From: an uncultured Rickettsiales bacterium
Lineage (GTDB): Bacteria; Myxococcota_A; UBA796; UBA9615; JAKLKC01
Assembly (NCBI GenBank): GCA_964426935.1
Contig: CAYRTW010000001.1
Location: 1 to 56,454 of the forward strand
Length of the DNA: 56,454 bases
Direction of reading: 5' to 3'
Shown here: one piece after another, positions 1 through 9,071 of the stretch
Numbering within the stretch: position 1 is the first letter of the stretch
Layout: each line of letters opens with the position of its first letter
The notes under the pieces: model-generated
Database searches by the model: none
What the model saw: only the letters and a program-made list of their open reading frames with translations
What the model was told of the DNA's origin: nothing
Position numbers and translations under genes: made by a program

Positions 1-2
1 CC

Positions 3-2384
3 ATGTCTGAGTCCATTCCGCTCCGCAAAGGAGCCCTGGGACAGCGGGCCGCCAAGGTGGATGGCCTGCCCAAGGTGACCGGCCAGGCCGTCTACGCCGA
101 TGACATCCGCCTCCCTCGCATGCTCATCGGCAAGATGCTGCGATCCCCCCACGCCCACGCCCGCATCCTCTCCATCGACACCTCCCTCGCCCAGGCTCTG
201 CCCGGGGTCCATGCGGTCATCACCGGCAAGGATCTCCCTGAAAGATACGGGGTCATCCCCGTCTCTCAGGACGAAACCGCCCTGAAGGTGGACAAGGTCC
301 GCATGGTGGGAGACGAGGTGGCCGCCGTCGCCGCCGTCGATGAGGACACCGCCAATCGAGCCCTGGCCCTCATCCGGGTGGAGTACGAAGTCCTTCCCGC
401 CCTCCTCACCGTGGACGATGCCCTCACCCGCTCCGACGTGCTGATTCACGAGGACCACAAGGACGGCAACATCACCAAGAGGGTATTCCAGCGCTACGGA
501 AAGGTGGAGGAGGGTTTCGCCCAGGCGGATGTCATCATCGAGGACGAATACCTCTACGAGGCCTCCACCCACGTCCCTCTGGAGACCCACTGCGCCGTCG
601 GTCACTACACGCAAGACGGCAAGCTGACGGTGTGGTCCTCCACCCAGGTGCCCCACTACCTTCAACGCTACCTGGCCCGGGTGCTGAAGATGGACGGCGC
701 CCACGTTCGGGTCATCAAGCCGGAAGTGGGGGCGGGGTATGGGGGCAAGAGCGACCCCTTCCCCTTGGAGTTCTGCGCCGCCGAGCTGTCCCGCCGCACC
801 GGCCGTCCGGTGAAGATCATGCTGACCCGGGAGGAGGTCTTCTACGCTCACCGGGGTCGGCACCAGTTCAAGATGTGGCTGAAGATGGGGGTGAAGAACG
901 ACGGGGAGATCACCGCCATCGACTACAAGTGCTGGCTGGATGGAGGGGCCTACTCCTCCTTCGGGGTGGTCACCAGCTACTACGCGGGTGTTTTCATGAC
1001 CCTGCCCTACAAGCTGGAGCGCTATCGGTTTGAGGCCATCCGGGTGTTCACCAACAAGCCCCCCGCAGGGCCCAAGAGGGGGCATGGCGCCATCCAACCC
1101 CGCTTCGCCCTGGAGCTCCACATCAACAAGGCGGCCCTGGCCATTGGCATGGATCCGGTGGAGATGAGGCAGCGAAACTGCGTGGAGGCAGGCACCGAGA
1201 CCATCAACGGCTTGAGGATCACCTCCGTCGCCCTGAAGGAATGCCTGGACGCGGTAACCGCCGCCTCGGGCTACTTCGAGAAGAAGGGCAAGCTGGGGAA
1301 GAACCGGGGCATCGGGCTGGCCGCCTCCACCTACATGTGCGGTGCCAACCACTCGATTTATGCCTCCGACGGCCCCCATTCCATGGTGCAGATCAAGTGC
1401 GACCGCTCCGGCCAGGTGGCGGTCCTGTCGGGCACCGCCGACTGCGGCAACGGGTCGGTGGAGATGGTGGCCCGGGTGGTGGCCCACGTCCTGGGCATCG
1501 ACACCCTGGACATCCGGGTGCTGGAGGCGGACACCGACCTGACTCCAGTGGATCTGGGGGCCTATTCCTCGCGGGTGACCTTCATGGCGGGAAACGCCGC
1601 GAAGCGCGCCGCCGAAAAGGCCCGGGATCAGATCGCGGCGGCGGTGGCGGAGAAGCTGGAGTGCGCCCCTGCGGAGCTGGCTTTCGAGGACCACCGGGTC
1701 TACCCCTCAGCCCATCCGGAGTGGAAGGAGGATCCCGCCCACTCCCTGTCCTTCCGCCAGGCGGTGGTGGTGGCCGAGTCCCTGGGAGAAGGCGTGGGGG
1801 CGATGGGGGCCTACAAGCCCCCCAAGATCGGCTCTCGTTTCCGCCAGTCTTCGGTAGGACCATCGCCGGCCTATTCCTTCACCGCCCAGGTCGCCGAAGT
1901 GACCGTGGACGAGGAAACCGGGCAGGTCACCATTCACCGCATCTGGGCGGCCCATGACTGCGGCAAGGCCATCAATCTCCAGGTGGTGGAGGGGCAGATC
2001 GAGGGATGCGTGTACATGGGAGTTGGGGAGGCCATGCTGGAGGAGCACGTCTTCCGGAACGATCTCGTCCAGTCCCCCTCCATCCTGGAATACAAGATCC
2101 CCACCTCGTTGGACACCCCGCCCATCTCGGTGCTCATCGTGGAATCCAATGATCCCGAGGGTCCCTTCGGTGCCAAGGAGGCGGGGGAAGGCCCTCAGCT
2201 TTCCACTGTCCCCGCCATCGCCAACGCCATCCACGACGCTTGCGGAGTGTGGATGAACCGAACCCCCTTCCTTCCCGAGAGGGTGCTCAAGGAGTTGGAG
2301 GCCCGGAACAAGGCGGCGGAGAAGGCCCGGAGGGGAGAACCGGCCCGGCGGGTGGCGTCCTCCGACGGGGAAGAGGCCGCCTGA
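3..2384 (+). CDS. Molybdopterin-binding large subunit of a xanthine dehydrogenase/aldehyde oxidoreductase-family enzyme (4-hydroxybenzoyl-CoA reductase alpha, HcrA-like)
   Basis: 793-aa ORF with ATG at 3. The N-terminus KVDGLPKVTGQAVYADDI...MLRSPHAHARILSID is the classic start of XDH-family Mo-cofactor subunits. Length and the FAD subunit immediately downstream fit this call. The 2Fe-2S small subunit is not in the window and would lie upstream. Confidence 0.85.
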   Translation: MSESIPLRKGALGQRAAKVDGLPKVTGQAVYADDIRLPRMLIGKMLRSPHAHARILSIDTSLAQALPGVHAVITGKDLPERYGVIPVSQDETALKVDKVRMVGDEVAAVAAVDEDTANRALALIRVEYEVLPALLTVDDALTRSDVLIHEDHKDGNITKRVFQRYGKVEEGFAQADVIIEDEYLYEASTHVPLETHCAVGHYTQDGKLTVWSSTQVPHYLQRYLARVLKMDGAHVRVIKPEVGAGYGGKSDPFPLEFCAAELSRRTGRPVKIMLTREEVFYAHRGRHQFKMWLKMGVKNDGEITAIDYKCWLDGGAYSSFGVVTSYYAGVFMTLPYKLERYRFEAIRVFTNKPPAGPKRGHGAIQPRFALELHINKAALAIGMDPVEMRQRNCVEAGTETINGLRITSVALKECLDAVTAASGYFEKKGKLGKNRGIGLAASTYMCGANHSIYASDGPHSMVQIKCDRSGQVAVLSGTADCGNGSVEMVARVVAHVLGIDTLDIRVLEADTDLTPVDLGAYSSRVTFMAGNAAKRAAEKARDQIAAAVAEKLECAPAELAFEDHRVYPSAHPEWKEDPAHSLSFRQAVVVAESLGEGVGAMGAYKPPKIGSRFRQSSVGPSPAYSFTAQVAEVTVDEETGQVTIHRIWAAHDCGKAINLQVVEGQIEGCVYMGVGEAMLEEHVFRNDLVQSPSILEYKIPTSLDTPPISVLIVESNDPEGPFGAKEAGEGPQLSTVPAIANAIHDACGVWMNRTPFLPERVLKELEARNKAAEKARRGEPARRVASSDGEEAA

Positions 2385-2437
2385 TTCCTGGCGACGTTTT
2401 CCCAGCGATTTCAACACTTTTCTGAGGATCATCCTCG

Positions 2438-3442
2438 ATGCTGAGGCTCCCCGAATTCGATTACCAGGCTCCCCGGGAGGTGGCTGAAGCGGTCACCCTC
2501 CTGGCTCTGCACGGCAGGGAGGCCAAGGTGCTGGCGGGGGGAACCGATCTGCTGCCCTCCCTGAAGCAGCATCTGTTCGGCCCCAAGGTGCTGGTGTCCC
2601 TGGCCCAGGTGTCCTCCCTGCGGAAAATCACCGAAACCGCCGACGGAGGCCTGTCGGTGGGAGCCATGGCCACCCTTGCCGAAGTCGCCCGTCATCCCCT
2701 GGTGCGAAGCCGCCATCCCGCCCTGGCCGACGCCTGCGCCACCATCGCCACCGTGCTCATCCAGAACTTCGGAACCCTGGGGGGGAACGTCCTCCTGGAC
2801 ACCCGCTGCTACTACTACAACCAGTCGGAATTCTGGAGGACGGCCCTGGGAGGCTGCATGAAGAAGGACGGGGACGTGTGCCATGTGGCCAGGTCTTCCC
2901 CCACCTGTCTGGCCACCCACTCCGCCGACACCGTGCCCTCGTTGATCCTCCTGAACGCCTCCCTTCGCCTGGTTTCAGCACAAGGGGAGCGAGTGGTGCC
3001 GGTGGCCTCCTTGTACACGGACGACGGCAAGGACTTCCTGCGCCTTGCCCCCGGTGAGCTCCTCACCGAGATCCTTCTCCCCCCGGTGCCTCCCCATTCC
3101 AGGGTGGTCCACCGCAAGATGAGGCGGCGCCAGGCCATTGACTACGGTTTCCTGCTCCTGGCCCTGAGGGTGGACGGTTCTGTCTCAGATGGTATGGAAT
3201 CGGCCCGAGCGGTGCTGAGCTGCGTCGGCCCCCGCCCCGTCGAGATCGATCTTTCCGACCTGGCCCGAGGTCGGGCCCTGAGCGAAGAGGTGGCTGAAGA
3301 GATGGCCCATCGCGCCGCCAAGGCGGTGGCTCCCCTCACCACCCATGGGGTCCAGCCCTCCTACCGCAAGAAGATGGCCAAGGTCATGGTGCGCCGAGCC
3401 TTGGACGACCTGCGGGGTCTTCCCCTCTCTCCCTCCAGTTGA
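2438..3442 (+). CDS. FAD-binding medium subunit of the same molybdoenzyme (CoxM/HcrB-like) with a four-Cys insertion
   Basis: 334-aa ORF starting 53 nt after the large subunit. It has the AGGTDLLPSLK FAD-binding motif. Residues 124-157 carry C-x15-C-x7-C-x8-C (DTRCYYYNQSEFWRTALGGCMKKDGDVCHVARSSPTCLATH). Confidence 0.8.
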   Translation: MLRLPEFDYQAPREVAEAVTLLALHGREAKVLAGGTDLLPSLKQHLFGPKVLVSLAQVSSLRKITETADGGLSVGAMATLAEVARHPLVRSRHPALADACATIATVLIQNFGTLGGNVLLDTRCYYYNQSEFWRTALGGCMKKDGDVCHVARSSPTCLATHSADTVPSLILLNASLRLVSAQGERVVPVASLYTDDGKDFLRLAPGELLTEILLPPVPPHSRVVHRKMRRRQAIDYGFLLLALRVDGSVSDGMESARAVLSCVGPRPVEIDLSDLARGRALSEEVAEEMAHRAAKAVAPLTTHGVQPSYRKKMAKVMVRRALDDLRGLPLSPSS

Positions 3443-3454
3443 GCCGGAACCGCC

Positions 3455-4519
3455 ATGGCCTTCGTCCGCGATGTCTACGATGTGAAGCTGGGGCCCCTGC
3501 CCAGAAACCCGGTGCGCCTGCTGGCGGACGTCTCCCGATGGGGCTTCTGGGTACCCTTTCGAGAAGCCCTGCCCGCTGGAAGGCCCAAACTCATCCAGAC
3601 CCTGGTTTCCGGGCTTCTCCCCGCCTTTCGCGCCGCCTCCCCAGGGTTTGGGGCGATGCTGAAGGAGGAGCTGGCCCTGATCCTCCCCGGCCTTTCGGAA
3701 GAGGAAATCGCCAGGATTCTGGCCCGTTCCTACCGATTCCACCTGCAAGCTCAGTTGGAAGAACTGCTCCTGGGCAAGCTGGACAAGGAGATCTGCCTTC
3801 GCCACATCCGCCCCGAGGGTACTGAAAACATTGAGATCGCCCGGGGCAAGGGAAAGGGCGGCATCGTCCTGTTTCCCCACATGGGGGGATTCATGCTCCT
3901 CATTGCCCTCACCTCCCTTCTTGGTCATCCCTACACTCAATACGCCGCCCGCGGTTTCCCCCCCGAAGAGTTCCTGGAGCGGAACCCTGGCTTCCGTCCC
4001 AACTGGTTCACTCACCAGACCCGGATGGCCCGAGAGCAGAGCGAGGACCGTCTGCCCGCCCATTTCATCTCCATGGAAACCAACGTCCGCACCCTGTATC
4101 GGGTCCTGGAGAACAACGAGCTGGTGGGGATTTCCTTTGATGGTCGAGTGGGCAATCGCTTTCTGCCGGTGAAGTATTTCGGCCGCACCGCCCTCCTCAA
4201 TCCGGGAGCCTTTCGCCTCACCATCTCCACCGGCGCCGCCCTCATTCCCGCCGGATGCTCGGTGGACGACGATGGGCGCAACGTCGCCCATTACTTCCCT
4301 CCCCTGTGGCCCGACCCCTCCTTGAAAGGCCCGGCCCAGGTCATGGAGCTGATGGAGCGCTATCTGAAGACCGCCGTAGAACCCTTTGTCCGGCTCCACC
4401 CCCACTGCTACGCCAACTGGCTGGTCCACGGCCGTTCTCGGGCCCACGTGGACGATCACCCCTTGTTCGTGGACTACGCTCCCGACGACCGCTGGAAAAA
4501 ATACCTCAAGGATTCGTGA
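3455..4519 (+). CDS. LpxL/HtrB-family (lipid A / lysophospholipid) acyltransferase-like protein
   Basis: 354-aa ORF with ATG at 3455. Overall length and the central segments GGIVLFPHMGGFMLL and VGISFDGR resemble PF03279-type acyltransferases. The usual acidic residue four positions after the His is Met here. Assignment is by pattern recollection only. Confidence 0.55.
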   Translation: MAFVRDVYDVKLGPLPRNPVRLLADVSRWGFWVPFREALPAGRPKLIQTLVSGLLPAFRAASPGFGAMLKEELALILPGLSEEEIARILARSYRFHLQAQLEELLLGKLDKEICLRHIRPEGTENIEIARGKGKGGIVLFPHMGGFMLLIALTSLLGHPYTQYAARGFPPEEFLERNPGFRPNWFTHQTRMAREQSEDRLPAHFISMETNVRTLYRVLENNELVGISFDGRVGNRFLPVKYFGRTALLNPGAFRLTISTGAALIPAGCSVDDDGRNVAHYFPPLWPDPSLKGPAQVMELMERYLKTAVEPFVRLHPHCYANWLVHGRSRAHVDDHPLFVDYAPDDRWKKYLKDS

Positions 4520-6014
4520 GAGTTGAGGCCTCCGGCCCTTCCAAATCCTTCTCTTGCCCCCTCCTCGCCAAGCCCCACAACCGGGCCTTCAGCGCCCGCC
4601 GCGCCCCTTCCTGCCAGGCCATGCGAGGCACCCTCCGCAGCACGCTCCAATCTCCCGTCCCTCGGCTCTTCCACTCCTTGACGAACTCCTTGCGGTTGCG
4701 CTGAAGGGCGAACTCCTTGTGGACCAGACGGCGCAGCACTTTATAGAACTGGGGAGAGTAGGTGGAGACGTGGAGCAGCTCGTTCTCCATGGACACCTGC
4801 CACCCTCGGCTCACTCGGGCCTGGGAGCGGACCTTCTCGTAGAAGGGGGTGCCGGGAAGGGGGTAGCTGACCGAGATGCCGATGCGATCCGGCAGCACCT
4901 CTCTCACCATGCGGAGGGTCTTGTCGATGTCCTCCATGGCCTCCCCCGGGTAGCCGAACTGGAGGAAGAAGCCCACCTCGATGCCCACCTTGCCCAGGGC
5001 CTCCCGGGCAGTGCGGATCTCCTCCACCCGGGTCCCCTTGTCCATGGCGTCGAGGATGCGCTGGGAACCGCTTTCCGCCCCCATCCACAAGGAAACGCAG
5101 CCGGAGGCGGCCAGATCCTCGGCGCTTCGGGCGTCAATGAGATCCACCCGGGACAGCGCCTCGAAGGGAATGACCGCGTGGCTCTCCTGGGAGGCCTGCC
5201 GGAACCGGGCCAGCCATTTCTTCTCCAGGCCGAACACCTCATCGGCATACCACAGCCGGTCCACTCCGTAGCGCTGCTTGAGGTCCAAGGCCTCCGCCAC
5301 CACGTCCTCGGGGGAACGAGTGGTGTACCGCCTTCCGTAAACCGGCTTGGCGCACCAGTTACAGGGGAAGGGACAGCCTCGGGAGGCCACCAGATTCGCC
5401 ATGGAAAAGCCGTGTTTGCGCTTCCAGGCGTCCAGGTAACGGGGCATGTCGATGAGATCCCGGGCGGGGTGACCCAAGTCAGACAGGGTAGTGAGTCGGG
5501 CCCGTTCCTCCCCCTCCTCCACTTGTCCGGCTCCATTGCGATAGCACAGCCCCCTCACGTCCCGCGCCGAATTCCCCTTCAGAATCCGGGGGATGGCGTC
5601 GCAGAGAACCGCCTCCGCCTCCCCCGCCACCAAGTAATCCGCCCCTCCTTCCAGCCAGGTGAGGGGATGAGAGGCCGCGTCGGGCCCGGCCACCAGGATC
5701 ACCGCTCCCGCCTCCCTGGCGGATTTCATCATGGTGAAGGCCGCCTGACGCAAACGTCTCAAGCACATCTTCTGGGGGACGTTGAAGGCGTCGGCCATGA
5801 TCACCACCACCCGAGGACGGAAATGCCGGACTGCGCTGTCGAATTCCCCCTCGTTGCGGGCAAAGGTGGCGTCCCAAAAGGCCAGATCGTGCCCCTGGGA
5901 ACGCAGGGCCTGGGCAGCGTACAGGGGTGAAAGGGGGGCCCACGGGCGCACCGCGTCCCTCTCGGCGGGGTCGTACTCCAAAAAGTAGTTGTGGGCGACC
6001 AGAAGTTCGGTCAC
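4506..6014 (-). CDS. B12-binding-domain radical SAM protein (class B)
   Basis: 502 aa with GTG start. The N-terminal part looks like a cobalamin-binding domain (LVAHNYFLEYDP..., VVVIMADAFN). It is followed by the radical-SAM cluster motif SRGCPFPCNWC (CxxxCxxC). The 3' end overlaps the convergent acyltransferase gene by 14 bp. Confidence 0.85.
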   Translation of the reverse strand: MTELLVAHNYFLEYDPAERDAVRPWAPLSPLYAAQALRSQGHDLAFWDATFARNEGEFDSAVRHFRPRVVVIMADAFNVPQKMCLRRLRQAAFTMMKSAREAGAVILVAGPDAASHPLTWLEGGADYLVAGEAEAVLCDAIPRILKGNSARDVRGLCYRNGAGQVEEGEERARLTTLSDLGHPARDLIDMPRYLDAWKRKHGFSMANLVASRGCPFPCNWCAKPVYGRRYTTRSPEDVVAEALDLKQRYGVDRLWYADEVFGLEKKWLARFRQASQESHAVIPFEALSRVDLIDARSAEDLAASGCVSLWMGAESGSQRILDAMDKGTRVEEIRTAREALGKVGIEVGFFLQFGYPGEAMEDIDKTLRMVREVLPDRIGISVSYPLPGTPFYEKVRSQARVSRGWQVSMENELLHVSTYSPQFYKVLRRLVHKEFALQRNRKEFVKEWKSRGTGDWSVLRRVPRMAWQEGARRALKARLWGLARRGQEKDLEGPEASTLTNP

Positions 6015-6096
6015 AGGGCTCCCAAATCGCCTTCGTGGATGGAGAGGCTCACTCTACCTTGGCGGTTTTCCCGGTGCCACCCTGGGAGAGAGCCCC

Positions 6097-6585
6097 TCAT
6101 CCTCGCCGGGCCTTTCTCTCCTCGGCTCGGGCCCTTCCTTCAGCGAATCGCTGCCTTTCCTCGTCGGTCTCCAGGAGCAGGGGGGGAACCGGGGACGGCC
6201 TCCCCTGGGAGTCCACCGCCACGAAGGTGAAGAACGCCTCGGCAGTCCGAACCAGGGTACCGGTCAGCATGTGCTCGGCATCCACCGTCACCGACACCTC
6301 CATGGAGGTCCGCCCCGCGTAGGTGACCACTGATCGCAGGATCACCGCGTCTCCCCGTCGCACTGGAGCCAGAAACTGGATGGCGTCCACCGAGGCAGTC
6401 ACCGAAACCTTGCGGGAGTGGCGAGCGGCGGCCACGGCGGCGGCCACATCCATCCAGGCCATGATCTGACCCCCGAAAGCGGTGTTGATGTTGTTGGCGT
6501 GACCGGGCAGGACGATCTCGGTCATCTCCACTCGGGACAGGCGGGGAGGGCGGGGTTCCAGGTGCAGGAGTTCGACAGAGGTCAC
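6097..6585 (-). CDS. Hotdog-fold acyl-CoA thioesterase (YciA/4HBT-like)
   Basis: 162 aa with the motif EIVLPGHANNINTAFGGQIMAWMDVAAAVAA, typical of acyl-CoA thioester hydrolases. It lies directly upstream of and co-directional with the radical SAM gene. The start is either GTG at 6585 or ATG at 6525. Confidence 0.75.
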   Translation of the reverse strand: MTSVELLHLEPRPPRLSRVEMTEIVLPGHANNINTAFGGQIMAWMDVAAAVAAARHSRKVSVTASVDAIQFLAPVRRGDAVILRSVVTYAGRTSMEVSVTVDAEHMLTGTLVRTAEAFFTFVAVDSQGRPSPVPPLLLETDEERQRFAEGRARAEERKARRG

Positions 6586-6680
6586 GGCGATCCGAGGAGG
6601 GAATGGGGGAGGAAGGGGCTGCCAACGTCGATGTCGGGTATCATACCTCTCCTTTTCGAGTCTCGCCCCGCAGGAACCTC

Positions 6681-7241
6681 ATGACCGCCACGGCCCGCTT
6701 GGATTCACAGCACACCACCCTGCTTCTCATCGACTTTCAGGAACGGCTGTACTCGGTGATGCCCCCCGACGTGGGACACCATCACCGGGAGAGGGCCCAC
6801 CTGCTTCTTCAGGGAGCCCGACTTCTGGGCCTGCCCATCCTCGCCACCGAGCAGTACCCCCAAGGCCTGGGGCCCACCCTGCCGGATCTGAAGCAGTGGG
6901 TGGATCCGGCCAACATCGTGGAGAAGAGAGAGTTTTCCTGCTGCGACTCGAAAGCCTTCCAGCCCCACCTGGAGGGACTGACGGGGAGACAGGTGGTGGT
7001 CCTGGGGATGGAGGCCCACATCTGCGTGTGGCAGACGGTGAGGGACCTGCGGGAAAGGGGGCTCTCCGTGCATGTCTGCGTCGATGCCATCCTGTCCCGT
7101 CACAAGGCCGACTACCGGGCCGCCGTGGAGCGATTCGCCCAGGTGGGGGCCGTTCCAGTGACCGCCGAGGCCGTCCTCTTCGATGCGGTGCGAGTCGCCC
7201 AAGGGGACGCGTTCAAGGGCATCAGCCGGCTGGTGCGCTAG
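6681..7241 (+). CDS. Isochorismatase-family (cysteine) hydrolase
   Basis: The internal ATG of ORF 6603..7241 gives MTATARLDSQHTTLLLIDFQERL. VVVLGMEAHICVWQT contains the family Cys nucleophile context. Confidence 0.75.
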   Translation: MTATARLDSQHTTLLLIDFQERLYSVMPPDVGHHHRERAHLLLQGARLLGLPILATEQYPQGLGPTLPDLKQWVDPANIVEKREFSCCDSKAFQPHLEGLTGRQVVVLGMEAHICVWQTVRDLRERGLSVHVCVDAILSRHKADYRAAVERFAQVGAVPVTAEAVLFDAVRVAQGDAFKGISRLVR

Positions 7242-7249
7242 GAGTTCCC

Positions 7250-7642
7250 ATGTTTTCCGTTCGCGATGAAGTGCTGATCTCCTCCTCCCACCAGATTCCC
7301 ATGCCCGACGGCACCCTGGAGCCCATCCACGGCCACAACTGGCGCATCGTGGTCCATATCGGGGCCAATCATCTGGATCCTCAGGGATTGGTCATGGATT
7401 TCAACCATTTGCGGGCCTCGCTCACCGAAGTCGTCGACCCTTACGACCACCAGCATCTCAACGACATCCCCCCCTTCGACACCCTCCCCTCCACCGCCGA
7501 GAACCTCTCCAAGCTGGTGGCAGAGAGAATGGCGGCGCGGGTGGAAAACTCCCGAATCTGGGTGGAGAGGGTGGATGTGTGGATGACCGACACCGGCTGC
7601 GCGACCTGGTTTCCGCCTCGGGGTTCGGGCCGGAGTTTTTGA
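7250..7642 (+). CDS. 6-carboxytetrahydropterin / 6-pyruvoyl-tetrahydropterin synthase family protein (QueD-like)
   Basis: ATG at 7250, in frame within ORF 6896..7642. It has the HGHNW zinc-binding histidines, LVMDFNHL and DHQHLND, which align by eye with E. coli QueD. The canonical Cys just upstream of HGH is not visible. Confidence 0.75.
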   Translation: MFSVRDEVLISSSHQIPMPDGTLEPIHGHNWRIVVHIGANHLDPQGLVMDFNHLRASLTEVVDPYDHQHLNDIPPFDTLPSTAENLSKLVAERMAARVENSRIWVERVDVWMTDTGCATWFPPRGSGRSF

Positions 7643-7657
7643 GGGAAGGCTGCGGCC

Positions 7658-7682
7658 GGGTCTCCCCCTGGGAAGGGGACCG
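7658..7682. terminator. Candidate bidirectional hairpin between convergent genes
   Basis: GGGTCTCCCC-ctgggaa-GGGGACC is an imperfect GC stem with one bulge, in the 51-bp gap between the queD-like stop and the PDZ lipoprotein stop. There is no clear U-tract. Confidence 0.2.
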
Positions 7683-7693
7683 GAGGGACCCGA

Positions 7694-8833
7694 TCAGAAG
7701 GCGCTGTTGATGGCGAACACGCTGCTGTAGATGTTGGGCTCGATCTCATTGGCAGAGCAGACCGCCAGATCGGCAGAGGAGGGGGCCTGCTTCTGAAGGC
7801 GGCTGGCCCCCCAGTGGTTCCCCCACTGAAGCTTGACCGTCTCCAGCTTGCCGTCCGAATGCTTGACCTCGATGGACACTTCGTCGCCAGGACGGGCCTT
7901 CCGGGCGATCCGATCCCACTCGGCCAGATAGAGTTTGGCATGCCTGGTGGCCATCCCATTCACTCCGACCAGCCGGTCGCAGGGGCGAATTCCCGCCGCA
8001 TCCGCAGGTGTGCCCCATAGAACCGCAGCGACCACATACTCAGGCCGATCCGATCGGGCGCGGGGATTGAGGGTGGTAAGGGCTCCAGTGATGGAATCAG
8101 CGCCTACCTGGCCATAAGCGCTCCTGGCTGCCTCGGTGTCGCCGCTGAGGAGCGCCATCTGGGCAAGAATGAGCTGCTTCCACTTCTGATCGTCCCGTTG
8201 GGCCCACCCGGGCTGATAAGCGGTGCGGTACAGGTCCAGCAAAGGAGCCCGCTGGTCCTTCAGGGTTGCCGCTCCCCGCACCACCAGTTGGTCCAGGTTG
8301 GCCGTGGGGGACGTCTTCCATACCGCCTGAAGATGTCCCACGAAGGCGGCTCCGTCCCCCTTTTGCAGGGTGGCGGCGGCGGCGGGAATGTGACAGGTCA
8401 GAAGTTCGGGATAGGCGAGGCATTCATTGGCCTTGCCTACCGCTTCGTCCGCCTTCCCCAGGCGGAGAAGGGAAACAATCTGGAGTTGATACATACGGGC
8501 CTGCCACCTGGCTCGATACCCGTTGGCCTTGGGCAGGGCCCCGGCGTTGTCCAAGGCGATGTCGGCCTGGGAGATGGCGTTGGCGAAGTCTCCCATCGTG
8601 TAGAAGGCATCCGCCGCTTCCAACCGGAAGAGAGGCTCCTTGGAGGCGTCCTTGAGGGAGGCCAGAATCTCCTCGGTGCTGGAGGAAAAGGAGTGCTTCT
8701 TGTCCAGCTTGCTGGCGTCTCCCCCATGCTTCTTGTCGTACTTCCCCCCCTGGTCATACCCCAGCTTGATGACCGGGTGGCAGGCAGTGAACGTGGCGAC
8801 GGCGACCAGGGAGAAGAGAAAACGGCGAATCAT
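7694..8833 (-). CDS. Lipoprotein with TPR-like helical repeats and a C-terminal PDZ domain
   Basis: The internal ATG at 8833 gives MIRRFLFSLVAVATFTAC, a signal peptide plus lipobox Cys. The middle is helical-repeat-like. The C-terminus WGTPADAAGIRPCDRLVGVNGMATRH...GDEVSIEVKHSDGKLETVKLQW is PDZ-like. Confidence 0.7.
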   Translation of the reverse strand: MIRRFLFSLVAVATFTACHPVIKLGYDQGGKYDKKHGGDASKLDKKHSFSSSTEEILASLKDASKEPLFRLEAADAFYTMGDFANAISQADIALDNAGALPKANGYRARWQARMYQLQIVSLLRLGKADEAVGKANECLAYPELLTCHIPAAAATLQKGDGAAFVGHLQAVWKTSPTANLDQLVVRGAATLKDQRAPLLDLYRTAYQPGWAQRDDQKWKQLILAQMALLSGDTEAARSAYGQVGADSITGALTTLNPRARSDRPEYVVAAVLWGTPADAAGIRPCDRLVGVNGMATRHAKLYLAEWDRIARKARPGDEVSIEVKHSDGKLETVKLQWGNHWGASRLQKQAPSSADLAVCSANEIEPNIYSSVFAINSAF

Positions 8834-8997
8834 GGGAGGGCCCTCACGCGAGGTTGGCAATGAACACCATCCCCGGCAGAAACTCAAGGCTTGGGGGCTC
8901 TCCTGTCCGCCTCGTCGGGAAGATTTTGCCGGTCCTTGACCTTGCCCTTCGCTGCTTCCCCCCTCCCCTCCTTGGGGTCTCCCCCGAGGCCGTTCCC

Positions 8998-9024
8998 TGA
9001 AACGAAATCTCCCCCGCCCGCGTA
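8998..9024 (+). promoter_or_regulatory. Candidate ECF-type autoregulated promoter
   Basis: TGAAAC-N17-CGTA lies about 50-75 nt upstream of the ECF sigma ATG. It loosely matches the generic GAAC-N16/17-CGT ECF promoter architecture. The match is weak and the region is GC-rich. Confidence 0.2.
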
Positions 9025-9071
9025 CTGGCCCTTCGCCTTCTCCTGCTACCCTCAGGAGGAGGTTTCGACCC

